NCBI RefSeq assembly: GCF_003010495.1
Contig: NZ_CP027570.1
Coordinates: forward strand, 1,440,001 to 1,472,000
Direction: 5' to 3'
Source of the DNA: Megasphaera elsdenii DSM 20460
GTDB taxonomy: Bacteria; Bacillota; Negativicutes; Veillonellales; Megasphaeraceae
Length of the DNA: 32,000 nt
Position numbers and translations under genes: made by a program. The notes below the pieces were generated by a model, which was not told where the DNA came from, searched no databases, and saw nothing but the letters and a program-made list of their open reading frames with translations. The first letter of the stretch is position 1. The number at the start of each line of letters is the position of its first letter. This document shows, in pieces, positions 8,595-16,911 of this stretch.

Positions 8595-9107
8595 ATTAGT
8601 AAGGAATTACGTATCAACGATCAAATCAGAGCCCGTGAAGTACGCGTGGTCAGTGATTCTAACGAACAGCTCGGTGTCATGTCTCTCCGTTCGGCCCGCC
8701 AGATTGCGGAAGAACGGCATTTGGACCTGGTAGAAGTCGCACCGAATGGCAAACCGCCTGTCTGCCGCATCATGAACTACGGGAAATACCGTTATGAACA
8801 GCAGAAGCGTGAAAAGGAAGCCAAGAAAAAACAGAAAGTCTTGACATTGAAAGAAGTAAAGCTTCGTCCCAATATCGAAGACCATGACTTCTACGTTAAG
8901 ATGAAAGCTGCGCAGCGTTTCCTGGGTGAAGGCAGCAAAGTCAAAGTTACGATCATGTTCCGCGGCCGCGAAATGAGCCATCCGGAACTGGGCCGTGATT
9001 TGCTGGTTCGATTCGCTGATGAATTGAAAGACACCGCCCATGTAGAAAAAGAACCTAAAATCGAAGGCAGAAACATGACCATGGTCATCGCTGTCAACAA
9101 GAAGTAA
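8595..9107 (+). CDS. infC: translation initiation factor IF-3, with a non-canonical ATT start
   Basis: GGAGGTG (8581-8587) lies 7 nt before ATT 8595, which is in frame with track ORF 8646-9107. The N-terminus (M)[19 protein letters not shown] aligns with B. subtilis IF3 [36 protein letters not shown] is conserved. Confidence 0.9.
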   Translation: MSKELRINDQIRAREVRVVSDSNEQLGVMSLRSARQIAEERHLDLVEVAPNGKPPVCRIMNYGKYRYEQQKREKEAKKKQKVLTLKEVKLRPNIEDHDFYVKMKAAQRFLGEGSKVKVTIMFRGREMSHPELGRDLLVRFADELKDTAHVEKEPKIEGRNMTMVIAVNKK

Positions 9108-9123
9108 CAGGAGGACAATTATT

Positions 9124-9321
9124 ATGCCGAAATTGAAAACTCGCCGTGCTGCGGCAAAACGCTTTAACACAACTGGTACAGGTAAAATCAAACGCATGAA
9201 ACCGTATAAGAGCCACATCCTGGAAAGCAAGAGCCCGAAACGTAAACGTAACCTGAGAAAAGCTACGCTCGTTTCCAAGACCATGACCGAAGCCGTCCGC
9301 AAGATGTGCCCGTTCATCTAA
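9124..9321 (+). CDS. rpmI: 50S ribosomal protein L35
   Basis: [22 protein letters not shown], the typical L35 N-terminus; 65 aa. Confidence 0.95.
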   Translation: MPKLKTRRAAAKRFNTTGTGKIKRMKPYKSHILESKSPKRKRNLRKATLVSKTMTEAVRKMCPFI

Positions 9322-9365
9322 TAGGGAAAATACTTTTTTTGATATAGATTCGGAGGAATAGACTA

Positions 9366-9716
9366 ATGGCAAGAATCAAAGTTGGCGTTACAGCACACGC
9401 TCGTCATAAAAAAATCTTAAAAATGGCTAAAGGCTACCGCGGTACCCGCAGCCGTCTCTTCAAAAAAGCTAACGAAAGCGTCATGAAAGCGCTCTACTAC
9501 GCTCGTCGTGACCGCCGCGCCAAGAAACGCGAATTCCGTAAATTGTGGATTGCCCGTATCAACGCTGCAACCCGCGCTAACGGCCTCAGCTACAGCCGCT
9601 TCATCTGCGGCCTCACCAAAGCTGGTGTCATCGTAAACCGCAAAATGCTCGCTGACCTCGCCGTCAACGACGCAGCTGCTTTCGCAAAACTCGTAGAAGT
9701 CGCAAAAGCACAGTAA
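9366..9716 (+). CDS. rplT: 50S ribosomal protein L20
   Basis: [26 protein letters not shown]...[20 protein letters not shown], the typical L20 sequence. Confidence 0.95.
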   Translation: MARIKVGVTAHARHKKILKMAKGYRGTRSRLFKKANESVMKALYYARRDRRAKKREFRKLWIARINAATRANGLSYSRFICGLTKAGVIVNRKMLADLAVNDAAAFAKLVEVAKAQ

Positions 9717-9731
9717 TTTATGTAAATAAAA

Positions 9732-9776
9732 ATCCCCTGCATGAAGGTTTCCACCGTCATGCAGGGGATTTTTTTC
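9732..9776 (+). terminator. rho-independent terminator of the rplT operon
   Basis: ATCCCCTGCATGA (9732-9744) pairs with TCATGCAGGGGAT (9757-9769), followed by T7. Confidence 0.85.
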
Positions 9777-9798
9777 TGCAGGGGCTGGCAACTATCAG

Positions 9799-9837
9799 CC
9801 ACGAATCACGAACCACGAATCACGAACCACGAAAAAA
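9799..9837. repeat. tandem 7-nt repeat array (CACGAAT/CACGAAC, 5 units)
   Basis: ccacgaat cacgaac cacgaat cacgaac cacgaaaaaa, directly abutting the terminator hairpin. Confidence 0.8.
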
Positions 9838-9869
9838 GGCGCTGTCTTCATGCGACAGCGCCTTTTTTT
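9831..9869. terminator. bidirectional terminator (serves the minus-strand MFS gene)
   Basis: aaaaaa GGCGCTGTC ttcatgc GACAGCGCC ttttttt. The hairpin spans 9838-9862. Confidence 0.75.
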
Positions 9870-11038
9870 CAATGCCGCCAGGCCTTGGGCACGGGGATGA
9901 GGAAGGCAAAGATGGCGCCTATGATGGCGCAGATCCAGAGGCACTGCAGGGCCGTAGGGATGCCCCACTGGTCAGCGCCCCAGCCGACGATTGGCGAAAT
10001 GAGGCCGCCAATCGTCGTCGTCAGACCCAGGGTGACGCCAGAAGCGAAGCCGACGTTTTTGCCGAGGTATGTCTGTCCCAGGACGACGATGGGACTGTAA
10101 GCGGCGAACAGCGAAAAGGCGACGGGGATGAGCAGCAACGTCGCTGCGATGAGGTTCGTACTGTTTACCAGGAAGAACATGGAAGGAATCATGATCAGCA
10201 TGGAGCCGCGAAGGACGCGGAGAAAGCCGAAACGGTCGGCCAGGACCCCGCCGAGGAAGGTGATGACGACGCCCATGGAAAAGAGGATGGACAAGGCCAG
10301 ACTGCCTGTGGACGGCGAGGTGTGCAGGACGTGGATCCAATAGAGGGGAATGAAGGTGTTACAGACCGTAAAGCCGACGGAACGGACGAAGATGACGACG
10401 GATAAGCGTCCAAACGCGTTCCAGTCGTTGGTCAGGACTTCGCCGGGATGAGCCTGTTTTTCGGCCAGGTTGGCATCGTTGACCAGGGCTAAGATGTGCG
10501 GCATCTGGTGATAGAGGATGAAGGCGATGATTGCATTGACGATGCCGAAGATGACCAGACCGTGGATGTCGAAGGCATAGGCACAGGCGCCGGCTACCAT
10601 GGGGCCGATGGCGAAGCCGGCATTGCCGCCGACGGAGAAAGTCCCCAGGGCCTGTCCCTTGCGGTCGCCGGCGATGTTATTGACCATACGGGCCGCTTCG
10701 GGGTGATAGATGGAAGAACCGAAGCCGCTGAACATGGAACAGAGGAAGATGAACCAATAATTCTGAGTAAAGGCCAGCAGGGTCAGGCAGAGGCCGCAGA
10801 GGACGGGGCCGAGCGGTGCGAACCAGGGCTTGGACACCTTATCGGAGTAATAGCCGAAAATCGGCTGGGATACGGACGATAAGAGCATATTGGCAAAGAT
10901 GAGCGTCGCCGCGTCTTGATAACTCAGGTTACACGACGAGATGAAATAGGGCAGGAGGGCCGGGATGGCGCCTTGCGCCCAGTCTACGGAAAAATGGCCC
11001 GTAGCGAATAGGTATACATAAGGACTTAGTTTCTTCAT
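9869..11038 (-). CDS. MFS transporter (Fsr/fosmidomycin-resistance-like subfamily)
   Basis: 389-aa track ORF with about 12 TM segments. The N-terminus GHFSVDWAQGAIPALLPYF is typical of the Fsr-like MFS family. AGGAGG SD. Confidence 0.8.
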   Translation of the reverse strand: MKKLSPYVYLFATGHFSVDWAQGAIPALLPYFISSCNLSYQDAATLIFANMLLSSVSQPIFGYYSDKVSKPWFAPLGPVLCGLCLTLLAFTQNYWFIFLCSMFSGFGSSIYHPEAARMVNNIAGDRKGQALGTFSVGGNAGFAIGPMVAGACAYAFDIHGLVIFGIVNAIIAFILYHQMPHILALVNDANLAEKQAHPGEVLTNDWNAFGRLSVVIFVRSVGFTVCNTFIPLYWIHVLHTSPSTGSLALSILFSMGVVITFLGGVLADRFGFLRVLRGSMLIMIPSMFFLVNSTNLIAATLLLIPVAFSLFAAYSPIVVLGQTYLGKNVGFASGVTLGLTTTIGGLISPIVGWGADQWGIPTALQCLWICAIIGAIFAFLIPVPKAWRH

Positions 11039-11157
11039 ACAAATCCTCCTTTCAAGAAATATGAATCGTTTCTATTATAACATAGACTATTTTCCTTTTC
11101 CTGTTGGTGTTATAATAATAACAAACTAATCAATATATATTAGAAGGAGTGGTTATT

Positions 11158-12345
11158 ATGGCATCAAAAGAAATGTACGCCCTGGGGTCACAGGCTTCGG
11201 TCATCCGCGACCTTTTTGCTTATGGCCAGCAGCAGGCGGCTGTCGTCGGCAAGGAAAATGTCTTTGATTTCAGTATCGGCAATCCGACCGTCCCGGCTCC
11301 AGCCTGCGTCAAAGAAGCCATTGAAGATATCATGGAAACGCGGGAATCGGCAGCCATCCACGGTTATACGGCCGCTGCTGGCGATACGGCTGTCCGCCAG
11401 GGCCTGGCTGACTTCATGAACCAGACTTATGACGCCCAGGTACGGGCCGATAATTTCTATATGACCTGCGGGGCTGCGGCCTCTTTGACGATCAGCCTCA
11501 AAGCCCTCGTCGAAAGCCCGGATGACGAAATCATCCTCATTGCACCGTTCTTCCCGGAATATACGGTCTTCGTCCAGAATGCCAATGCCAAATCCGTCGT
11601 CCTGCCGCCGGATACGGAACACTTCCAGATTTCCCTGGATGCCTTGGAAAAGGCCATTACGCCTCATACGCGGGCAGTCATCATCAATTCGCCGAACAAC
11701 CCGTCTGGCGTCGTCTATTCCGCCGATACTTATGAAAAACTGGCCGCTTTGCTGACGCGGAAATCCCAGGAAATCGGTCATGCCATCTATATCATCTCAG
11801 ATGAACCGTACCGGGAAATCATTTACGATGGCCTTCCCATCCTCTATGTCCCGAAATTCTATAAAGATACGATTATCTGCTATTCCTACAGTAAATCCCT
11901 GAGCCTGCCTGGCGAACGTATCGGCTACGTCCTGGTCCCGGACTGCGCTGCCGATGCCAAGGAAGTCTATACGGCTGTCTGCGGGGCCGGCCGTTCCATG
12001 GGCTTCGTCTGCGCACCTCATCTCTTCCAGGACGTCGTCCTCAAATGCCTGGGCCAGACCAGCGATATGAATATTTACGACGAAAACCGCAAGCTCTTAT
12101 ATAATGGATTAAAAGAAATGGGCTACGACTGCGTCTATCCGAGCGGTGCTTTCTACCTCTTCGTCAAATCGCCCGAAGCCGATGCCAAGGCTTTCTCCGA
12201 TAAGGCCAAGAAACTGAACCTGCTCATCGTCCCGGCCGACAGCTTTGGCTGCCCTGGCTACGTCCGCGTATCGTATTGCGTCGATCCGGATATGATCAAA
12301 CGGTCTTTTGCCGCCTTTAAGAAATTGATGGAACAGTATCAATAA
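11158..12345 (+). CDS. pyridoxal-phosphate-dependent aminotransferase, class I/II (aspartate/alanine aminotransferase family)
   Basis: Track ORF 11149-12345. ATG 11158 lies 8 nt after AAGGAG. Motifs include FSIGNP, INSPNNPSG and the YSYSKSLSLPGERIGY PLP-lysine motif. Confidence 0.9.
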   Translation: MASKEMYALGSQASVIRDLFAYGQQQAAVVGKENVFDFSIGNPTVPAPACVKEAIEDIMETRESAAIHGYTAAAGDTAVRQGLADFMNQTYDAQVRADNFYMTCGAAASLTISLKALVESPDDEIILIAPFFPEYTVFVQNANAKSVVLPPDTEHFQISLDALEKAITPHTRAVIINSPNNPSGVVYSADTYEKLAALLTRKSQEIGHAIYIISDEPYREIIYDGLPILYVPKFYKDTIICYSYSKSLSLPGERIGYVLVPDCAADAKEVYTAVCGAGRSMGFVCAPHLFQDVVLKCLGQTSDMNIYDENRKLLYNGLKEMGYDCVYPSGAFYLFVKSPEADAKAFSDKAKKLNLLIVPADSFGCPGYVRVSYCVDPDMIKRSFAAFKKLMEQYQ

Positions 12346-12373
12346 AAAAGTGTAAGAAATTGGAAGAATTTCC

Positions 12374-12401
12374 TTGACACGTCCTGTATCTGTGGTATAC
12401 T
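12374..12401 (+). promoter_or_regulatory. promoter of tRNA-Ile copy 1
   Basis: TTGACA (12374-12379), a 16-nt spacer, then TG-extended TATACT (12396-12401). Confidence 0.7.
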
Positions 12402-12420
12402 AAACAAGTCGTTAGGAAAT

Positions 12421-12497
<77 letters not shown>

Positions 12498-12507
12498 ATT
12501 TTTTCAC

Positions 12508-12535
12508 TTGACAATTTTCTGCGATATGTTATACT
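12508..12535 (+). promoter_or_regulatory. promoter of tRNA-Ile copy 2
   Basis: TTGACA (12508-12513), a 16-nt spacer, then TATACT (12530-12535). Confidence 0.7.
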
Positions 12536-12553
12536 AAGCAAGTCCCATGACAT

Positions 12554-12630
<77 letters not shown>

Positions 12631-12634
12631 CACA

Positions 12635-12675
12635 GACCATCGTTTGGATTATTCCGGAACGATGGTTTTTTTTTC
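12635..12675 (+). terminator. rho-independent terminator after the tRNA pair
   Basis: ACCATCGTT ...loop... AACGATGGT followed by T9. Confidence 0.8.
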
Positions 12676-12694
12676 AACAGAAGGAGGGGAGACC

Positions 12695-13633
12695 ATGACG
12701 GAAAGTGAAAGGCAGCTCCAGGCGATGGCCCTGTCGATTCAGGCAGCCCGTCAGCAGGCCGGATGCAAGGTACCTGTTGCGGCACCGCCAGCAGCGGCTG
12801 ATGCGATTCCCAATCTCGGCGGCGAAGCCCGGTCAGGCGACTGCCTGGTCAGTATGCTGGCCAGCGGCAGCAAGGGCAATGCGGCCTATATCCGTTGTGG
12901 GAAGACGAATATCCTCATCGACGCCGGCATCAGCTGTCGCCGTATCGAACAGGGGTTGAAGCGCTATGACTGCACCTTGAGCGACCTCGATGCGGTCTTC
13001 ATCACCCATGAACATTCAGACCACGTCAACGGCTTGGCGACGCTTCTCAAGCGGACGGCCATGCCCGTCTATACGACGGCCGAGACCTGGCAGGCCATGG
13101 GCCGGAAAGTAGAAGGCTTCCAGGACCGTTTCGTCCGGCTGACGCGGCGCGTAGGCCTAAAGGACATCCAGGTCATCCCCTTTGCCATCTCCCACGATGC
13201 GGCCCGGCCCGTCGGCTATACCCTCTGCCACGGCGATTCGAAGATTACCTTGGCGACGGACTTAGGCTGTGTCAGCCCCGATGTCGCAGCCGCTGCGGCT
13301 TATGCGGATATCCTCATCTTAGAAGCCAATCACGATGAGCAGATGGTCCGCAACGGTCCGTATCCGTATCCGCTCCAGCAGCGCATCCTCGGCCGCTGGG
13401 GGCATCTGTCCAACAAGACGGCAGCCGCTTTTCTGGCCGGGTTGCCGACGAAAGGCGTCATGCGGGTCCTCCTGGCCCACCGCAGCGAAAAGAATAATAC
13501 GCCGTCCCTGGCGCTGCACACGATGCGTACAGTCTTATCCCAGGCCGGCCGGGTCATCGGCCAGGATATCTTATTACGGCTGGCCTGCCAGAAGGGCAGT
13601 GTCCGCTTCCAGGAAGGGAGTCATGAACTATGA
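12695..13633 (+). CDS. MBL-fold metallo-hydrolase, WalJ/YycJ-like
   Basis: Track ORF 12644-13633. ATG 12695 follows AAGGAGGGG. It has the HEHSDH metal motif. Its synteny with an htrA-like gene and rlmH matches B. subtilis yycJ-yycK-yydA. Confidence 0.85.
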   Translation: MTESERQLQAMALSIQAARQQAGCKVPVAAPPAAADAIPNLGGEARSGDCLVSMLASGSKGNAAYIRCGKTNILIDAGISCRRIEQGLKRYDCTLSDLDAVFITHEHSDHVNGLATLLKRTAMPVYTTAETWQAMGRKVEGFQDRFVRLTRRVGLKDIQVIPFAISHDAARPVGYTLCHGDSKITLATDLGCVSPDVAAAAAYADILILEANHDEQMVRNGPYPYPLQQRILGRWGHLSNKTAAAFLAGLPTKGVMRVLLAHRSEKNNTPSLALHTMRTVLSQAGRVIGQDILLRLACQKGSVRFQEGSHEL

Positions 13634-14763
13634 TGCAACGCAAACATATCATCACGGCAGCTGCTGCCGTCGTCCTCATCGCTGTCGGCGTCTTCGGCGG
13701 CTTCAAGATCCACGATGCCTTTTTTACGCCGAGCGGCACTTATAACGGAACCGTGAACCAGCTCCAGGAACCGTCGAAATCGGATTCCATCTCGGATGCC
13801 CGAAATACGGCTGTCGTCCAGGCTGCCAAGAAGGTCAGCCCGGCCGTCGTCGGCATTACGACTAAAGTCTATAACCGCGATATGTTCAACCGGAAAGTCC
13901 TGGTCGGTGAAGGCGTCGGTTCCGGCGTCATCTTCGACAAGGCCGGCTATATCGTAACCAATAACCACGTCGTCGGTACGGCCAAGACGGTCATCGTCTC
14001 CCTGGCCGATGGCCAGAGTACGGAAGGGACCGTCGTCGGCCGCGATGAAAAGACGGACTTAGCCGTCGTCAAGATCAAGATGGACAACCTGCCCGTCGCT
14101 GAATTTGGCGACAGCGATTCCCTGCAGGTCGGCGAACCGGCCATTGCCATCGGCAACCCGCTGGGCCTGGAATTTCAGGGGACCGTCACGGTCGGCGTCA
14201 TCAGCTCTTTGAACCGGACTATCGGTGCCGAAGGGCAGAGCATGAAGCTCATCCAGACTGACGCTGCCATCAATCCGGGCAATTCCGGCGGCGCTCTCGT
14301 CGATGCTGACGGCAAGGTCATCGGCATCAACAGCGCCAAGATTTCTAAAGAAGGCGTCGAAGGCCTGGGCTTCGCCATTCCTATCAACGCAGCCCGCCCG
14401 ATTCTGCAGGACCTCATCCAGAACGGCAAGGTCGTCCGCCCGTACCTCGGCTTATACGGCCTGGACCAGCAGATGGCTGCCCGCTTCGGCATGAGATTGA
14501 ATGTACCTGGCATTTACGTCTATAAAGTCGCTGCCGGCGGACCTCTGGATCAGGCTGGACTCAGACACGGCGACGTCATCTTGAAACTCGATGGCACCGA
14601 TGTCAAAGACTTCAGCGCCCTCCAGAGCGTCATGGACAAGCACAATGTCGGCGATTCTGTCAGCCTGGATTATACGCGCAACGGTTCGGACCACGAAGTC
14701 ACCGTCGTCCTCCAGGAAAGTCCGCAGAATGATTCGTCAGACCAGGGGGATGGGACCAACTGA
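13630..14763 (+). CDS. HtrA/DegP-family S1C serine protease with N-terminal TM anchor and C-terminal PDZ domain
   Basis: Motifs are TNNHVV (His), DLAVVKI (Asp) and GNSGGAL (Ser). A PDZ-like region (GIYVYKVAAGGPLDQAGLRHGDVILKLDG) is present. The ATG overlaps the upstream stop (ATGA). Confidence 0.9.
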   Translation: MMQRKHIITAAAAVVLIAVGVFGGFKIHDAFFTPSGTYNGTVNQLQEPSKSDSISDARNTAVVQAAKKVSPAVVGITTKVYNRDMFNRKVLVGEGVGSGVIFDKAGYIVTNNHVVGTAKTVIVSLADGQSTEGTVVGRDEKTDLAVVKIKMDNLPVAEFGDSDSLQVGEPAIAIGNPLGLEFQGTVTVGVISSLNRTIGAEGQSMKLIQTDAAINPGNSGGALVDADGKVIGINSAKISKEGVEGLGFAIPINAARPILQDLIQNGKVVRPYLGLYGLDQQMAARFGMRLNVPGIYVYKVAAGGPLDQAGLRHGDVILKLDGTDVKDFSALQSVMDKHNVGDSVSLDYTRNGSDHEVTVVLQESPQNDSSDQGDGTN

Positions 14764-15242
14764 TGAAGTATCACGTCATTACCATCGGCAAGATCAAAGA
14801 GAAATACCTCACCGCCGGCATCGACGAGTTTTTGAAGCGCCTGCGCCCGTATGGCCAGGTCGAAGTGACCGTCCTTCCTGAAGAGAAGATGCCTGAGAAT
14901 CCGTCGCCGGCCCAGAAGGCCCAGGTCCTCGACAAAGAAGGGGAGAAGATGCTGCGCCACGTCCGCCAGGGCTCGCACCTCTTCGCCCTGGATGTACAGG
15001 GGAAACTCGTATCCTCTGAAGATCTGGCAGCGTCCTTTGCCAAACTGGCTCTGTACGGCTGCAGTGAAATCTCCTTCATCATCGGCGGCCCCTTCGGCCT
15101 GAGCGACCTCGTCCGCCGCAAAGCCGACAACTGCATTTCCTTTGGCCGTATCACCTTGACCCATCAGATGATACGCCTCCTCTTATTGGAACAAATCTAC
15201 CGCGCCATCAAGATCGACCGGCACGAGCCGTATCACTTATAA
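14763..15242 (+). CDS. rlmH: 23S rRNA (pseudouridine1915-N3)-methyltransferase RlmH
   Basis: 159 aa. MKYHVITIGKIKEKYL...IIGGPFGLS...SFGRITLTHQMIRLLLLEQIYRA is the typical SPOUT RlmH sequence. Confidence 0.9.
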   Translation: MKYHVITIGKIKEKYLTAGIDEFLKRLRPYGQVEVTVLPEEKMPENPSPAQKAQVLDKEGEKMLRHVRQGSHLFALDVQGKLVSSEDLAASFAKLALYGCSEISFIIGGPFGLSDLVRRKADNCISFGRITLTHQMIRLLLLEQIYRAIKIDRHEPYHL

Positions 15243-15246
15243 AACA

Positions 15247-15292
15247 AAGCCCCTCCCGTGGAAGTTCTGCCTATCCAGGGAGGGGCTTTTTC
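15247..15292 (+). terminator. rho-independent terminator after rlmH
   Basis: AAGCCCCTCCC (15247-15257) pairs with GGGAGGGGCTT (15278-15288), then TTT. Confidence 0.75.
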
Positions 15293-15322
15293 TTGACATC
15301 TCCCGGCTGCGGACGGTATAAT
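15293..15322 (+). promoter_or_regulatory. promoter of the riboswitch-purH transcript
   Basis: TTGACA (15293-15298), an 18-nt spacer, then TATAAT (15317-15322). Confidence 0.65.
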
Positions 15323-15330
15323 AAACCTGA

Positions 15331-15427
15331 AACATGTGACTGACGGAAGTGGAGTTACCACGGGGAGCATGATTCATACGAGCCGACCGTCTGGGCGAAA
15401 CGTTCCAGAAGTGTCGGTATTTTTTTA
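15331..15427 (+). promoter_or_regulatory. ZTP (pfl-motif) riboswitch with terminator expression platform
   Basis: Conserved blocks are UGACUGACGG, GGAGUUACCACGGGGAGC and CCGACCGUCUGGGCG. Pseudoknot GACGG/CCGUC covaries with the consensus GGCG/CGCC. P1 is CATG/CATG. The terminator 15383-15427 shares CCGTCTGG with the aptamer and ends in T7. The downstream gene is an AICAR transformylase. Confidence 0.8.
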
Positions 15428-15457
15428 TTTTTGCTTAACTATTCAGGAGGAATCACC

Positions 15458-16633
15458 ATGAAAGAACTGCAATTAAAATACGGCTGCAATCCCAACCAGT
15501 CGTCGGCCCGGGTTTATATGAAAGATGGCAGCGACCTGCCCTTTACGGTCCTCAACGGCCGCCCCGGTTATATTAATTTGCTCGACGCCTTCAACAGCTA
15601 TCAGCTGGTCAAAGAATTGAAAGAAGCAACGGGCCTTCCGGCTGCGGCTTCCTTCAAGCACGTCAGCCCGGCTGGGGCCGCCGTCGCCACGGAAATGAGT
15701 GATACCCTGAAAAAAATATACTGGGTCGACGATCTGAAATTGTCTCCCCTGGCTTCGGCTTATGCCTGTGCCCGCGGTGCTGACCGCATGAGCTCTTATG
15801 GTGATTTCGTCGCCTTGTCCGACGTCTGCGACGTTGAAACGGCAACGCTCCTCAAACGGGAAGTTTCGGACGGTGTCATCGCTCCGGGCTACAGCGACGA
15901 AGCCCTGGCCATTTTGAAGACCAAGAAGAAGGGGAACTACTGCGTCCTCCAGATTAACCCGGACTACAAGCCGCGCTTAATCGAATCGAAGGAAGTCTAC
16001 GGCGTCACTTTTGAACAGGAACGCAACGAAGCTAAGATTACGACGGACCTCTTTAAGAATATCCCGACGAAAAACAAGGATATCCCCACCGATGCCCAGC
16101 GCGATTTGATGATCGCCCTCATCACCCTGAAATACACTCAGTCCAACTCGGTCTGCTACGTCAAAGACGGCATGACCATCGGCGTCGGCGCCGGTCAGCA
16201 GTCCCGCGTCCACTGCACGCGCCTGGCTGGTAACAAAGCCGATATCTGGTGGCTCCGCCAGAATCCGAAAGTCCTGAATCTGCCTTTCCGCGACGATGTC
16301 CGCCGCCCGAACCGTGACAACGCTATCGACGTCTACATCTCTGATGATTACGAAGACGTCCTGGCCGACGGCATCTGGCAGGATCTGTTCACGGAAAAAC
16401 CGGAACCGCTCACACGGGAAGAAAAGAAAGCCTGGATTGCCCAGCTCCACGGCGTCGCCTTGGGCAGCGATGCTTTCTTCCCCTTCGGTGACAACATCGA
16501 ACGGGCTCATCGCAGCGGTGTCGACTACATCGCCCAGGCCGGCGGCTCCATCCGCGATGACAATGTCATCGAAACGTGCGATAAATACAACATCGCCATG
16601 GCCATGACCGGCCTGCGCCTGTTCCATCATTAA
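15458..16633 (+). CDS. purH: phosphoribosylaminoimidazolecarboxamide (AICAR) formyltransferase, stand-alone AICARFT-domain PurH-like protein
   Basis: Track ORF 15431-16633. ATG 15458 lies 7 nt after AGGAGG. Contains KHVSPAG, SDGVIAPGY, GVGAGQQSRV, LGSDAFFPF and AQAGGSIRD. At about 391 aa it lacks the N-terminal MGS/IMP-cyclohydrolase domain. Confidence 0.85.
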   Translation: MKELQLKYGCNPNQSSARVYMKDGSDLPFTVLNGRPGYINLLDAFNSYQLVKELKEATGLPAAASFKHVSPAGAAVATEMSDTLKKIYWVDDLKLSPLASAYACARGADRMSSYGDFVALSDVCDVETATLLKREVSDGVIAPGYSDEALAILKTKKKGNYCVLQINPDYKPRLIESKEVYGVTFEQERNEAKITTDLFKNIPTKNKDIPTDAQRDLMIALITLKYTQSNSVCYVKDGMTIGVGAGQQSRVHCTRLAGNKADIWWLRQNPKVLNLPFRDDVRRPNRDNAIDVYISDDYEDVLADGIWQDLFTEKPEPLTREEKKAWIAQLHGVALGSDAFFPFGDNIERAHRSGVDYIAQAGGSIRDDNVIETCDKYNIAMAMTGLRLFHH

Positions 16634-16680
16634 GCATATCCCCCTTTCTGTCGGGAAAGGTCGTTTTCTTTTATATTCAA

Positions 16681-16773
16681 TGTTTGGGGTTTGATGTTTG
16701 AAGTTTGATGTAATGGCTTTTAAATTTAAAATCATTTGCTAACTGCTAACCCCTAACTGCTAACTGCTTAAAA
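16681..16773. repeat. composite intergenic repeat: GT-heptads, then TTTTAAATTTAAAA, then GCTAACT heptads
   Basis: tgtttggggtttgatgtttgaagtttgatgtaatggc TTTTAAATTTAAAA tcatttgctaactgctaacccctaactgctaactgc. Confidence 0.7.
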
Positions 16774-16804
16774 GGAGCTGTCGCGATGCGACGGCTCCTT
16801 TTTT
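16774..16804 (+). terminator. rho-independent terminator after purH
   Basis: GGAGCTGTCGC gat GCGACGGCTCC followed by TTTTTT. Confidence 0.8.
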
Positions 16805-16816
16805 CACCAATTCCAG

Positions 16817-16900
16817 GCGGGCCGCCCTTTGGGACGGCCCCTACGAACCACGAGTCACGAACTACGAACCACGAGTCACGAGCCACGAACCACGAAACAA
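16817..16900. repeat. REP-like GC hairpin plus CACGA(A/G)N heptad array
   Basis: GGGCCGCCC ttt GGGACGGCCCC (16819-16841), then ctacgaa ccacgag tcacgaa ctacgaa ccacgag tcacgag ccacgaa ccacgaa. Confidence 0.75.
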
Positions 16901-16911
16901 GAGGTGATATC

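Noticed and set aside
9799-9837. Possible CRISPR array or other spacer-repeat structure in the heptad arrays (also 16842-16897 and 3862-3898)
   Set aside because: The units are only 7 nt, directly tandem with no spacers, and each array is under 60 nt. No cas genes are present. These are microsatellite-like arrays, not CRISPR.
16786-16911. N-terminal extension of the molybdopterin oxidoreductase ORF (…TNHESRTTNHESRATNHETRG…)
   Set aside because: The extension is simply the translation of the CACGAAC heptad repeat and the terminator/REP DNA. A proper SD and an ATG at 16912 directly precede the conserved Cys motif.
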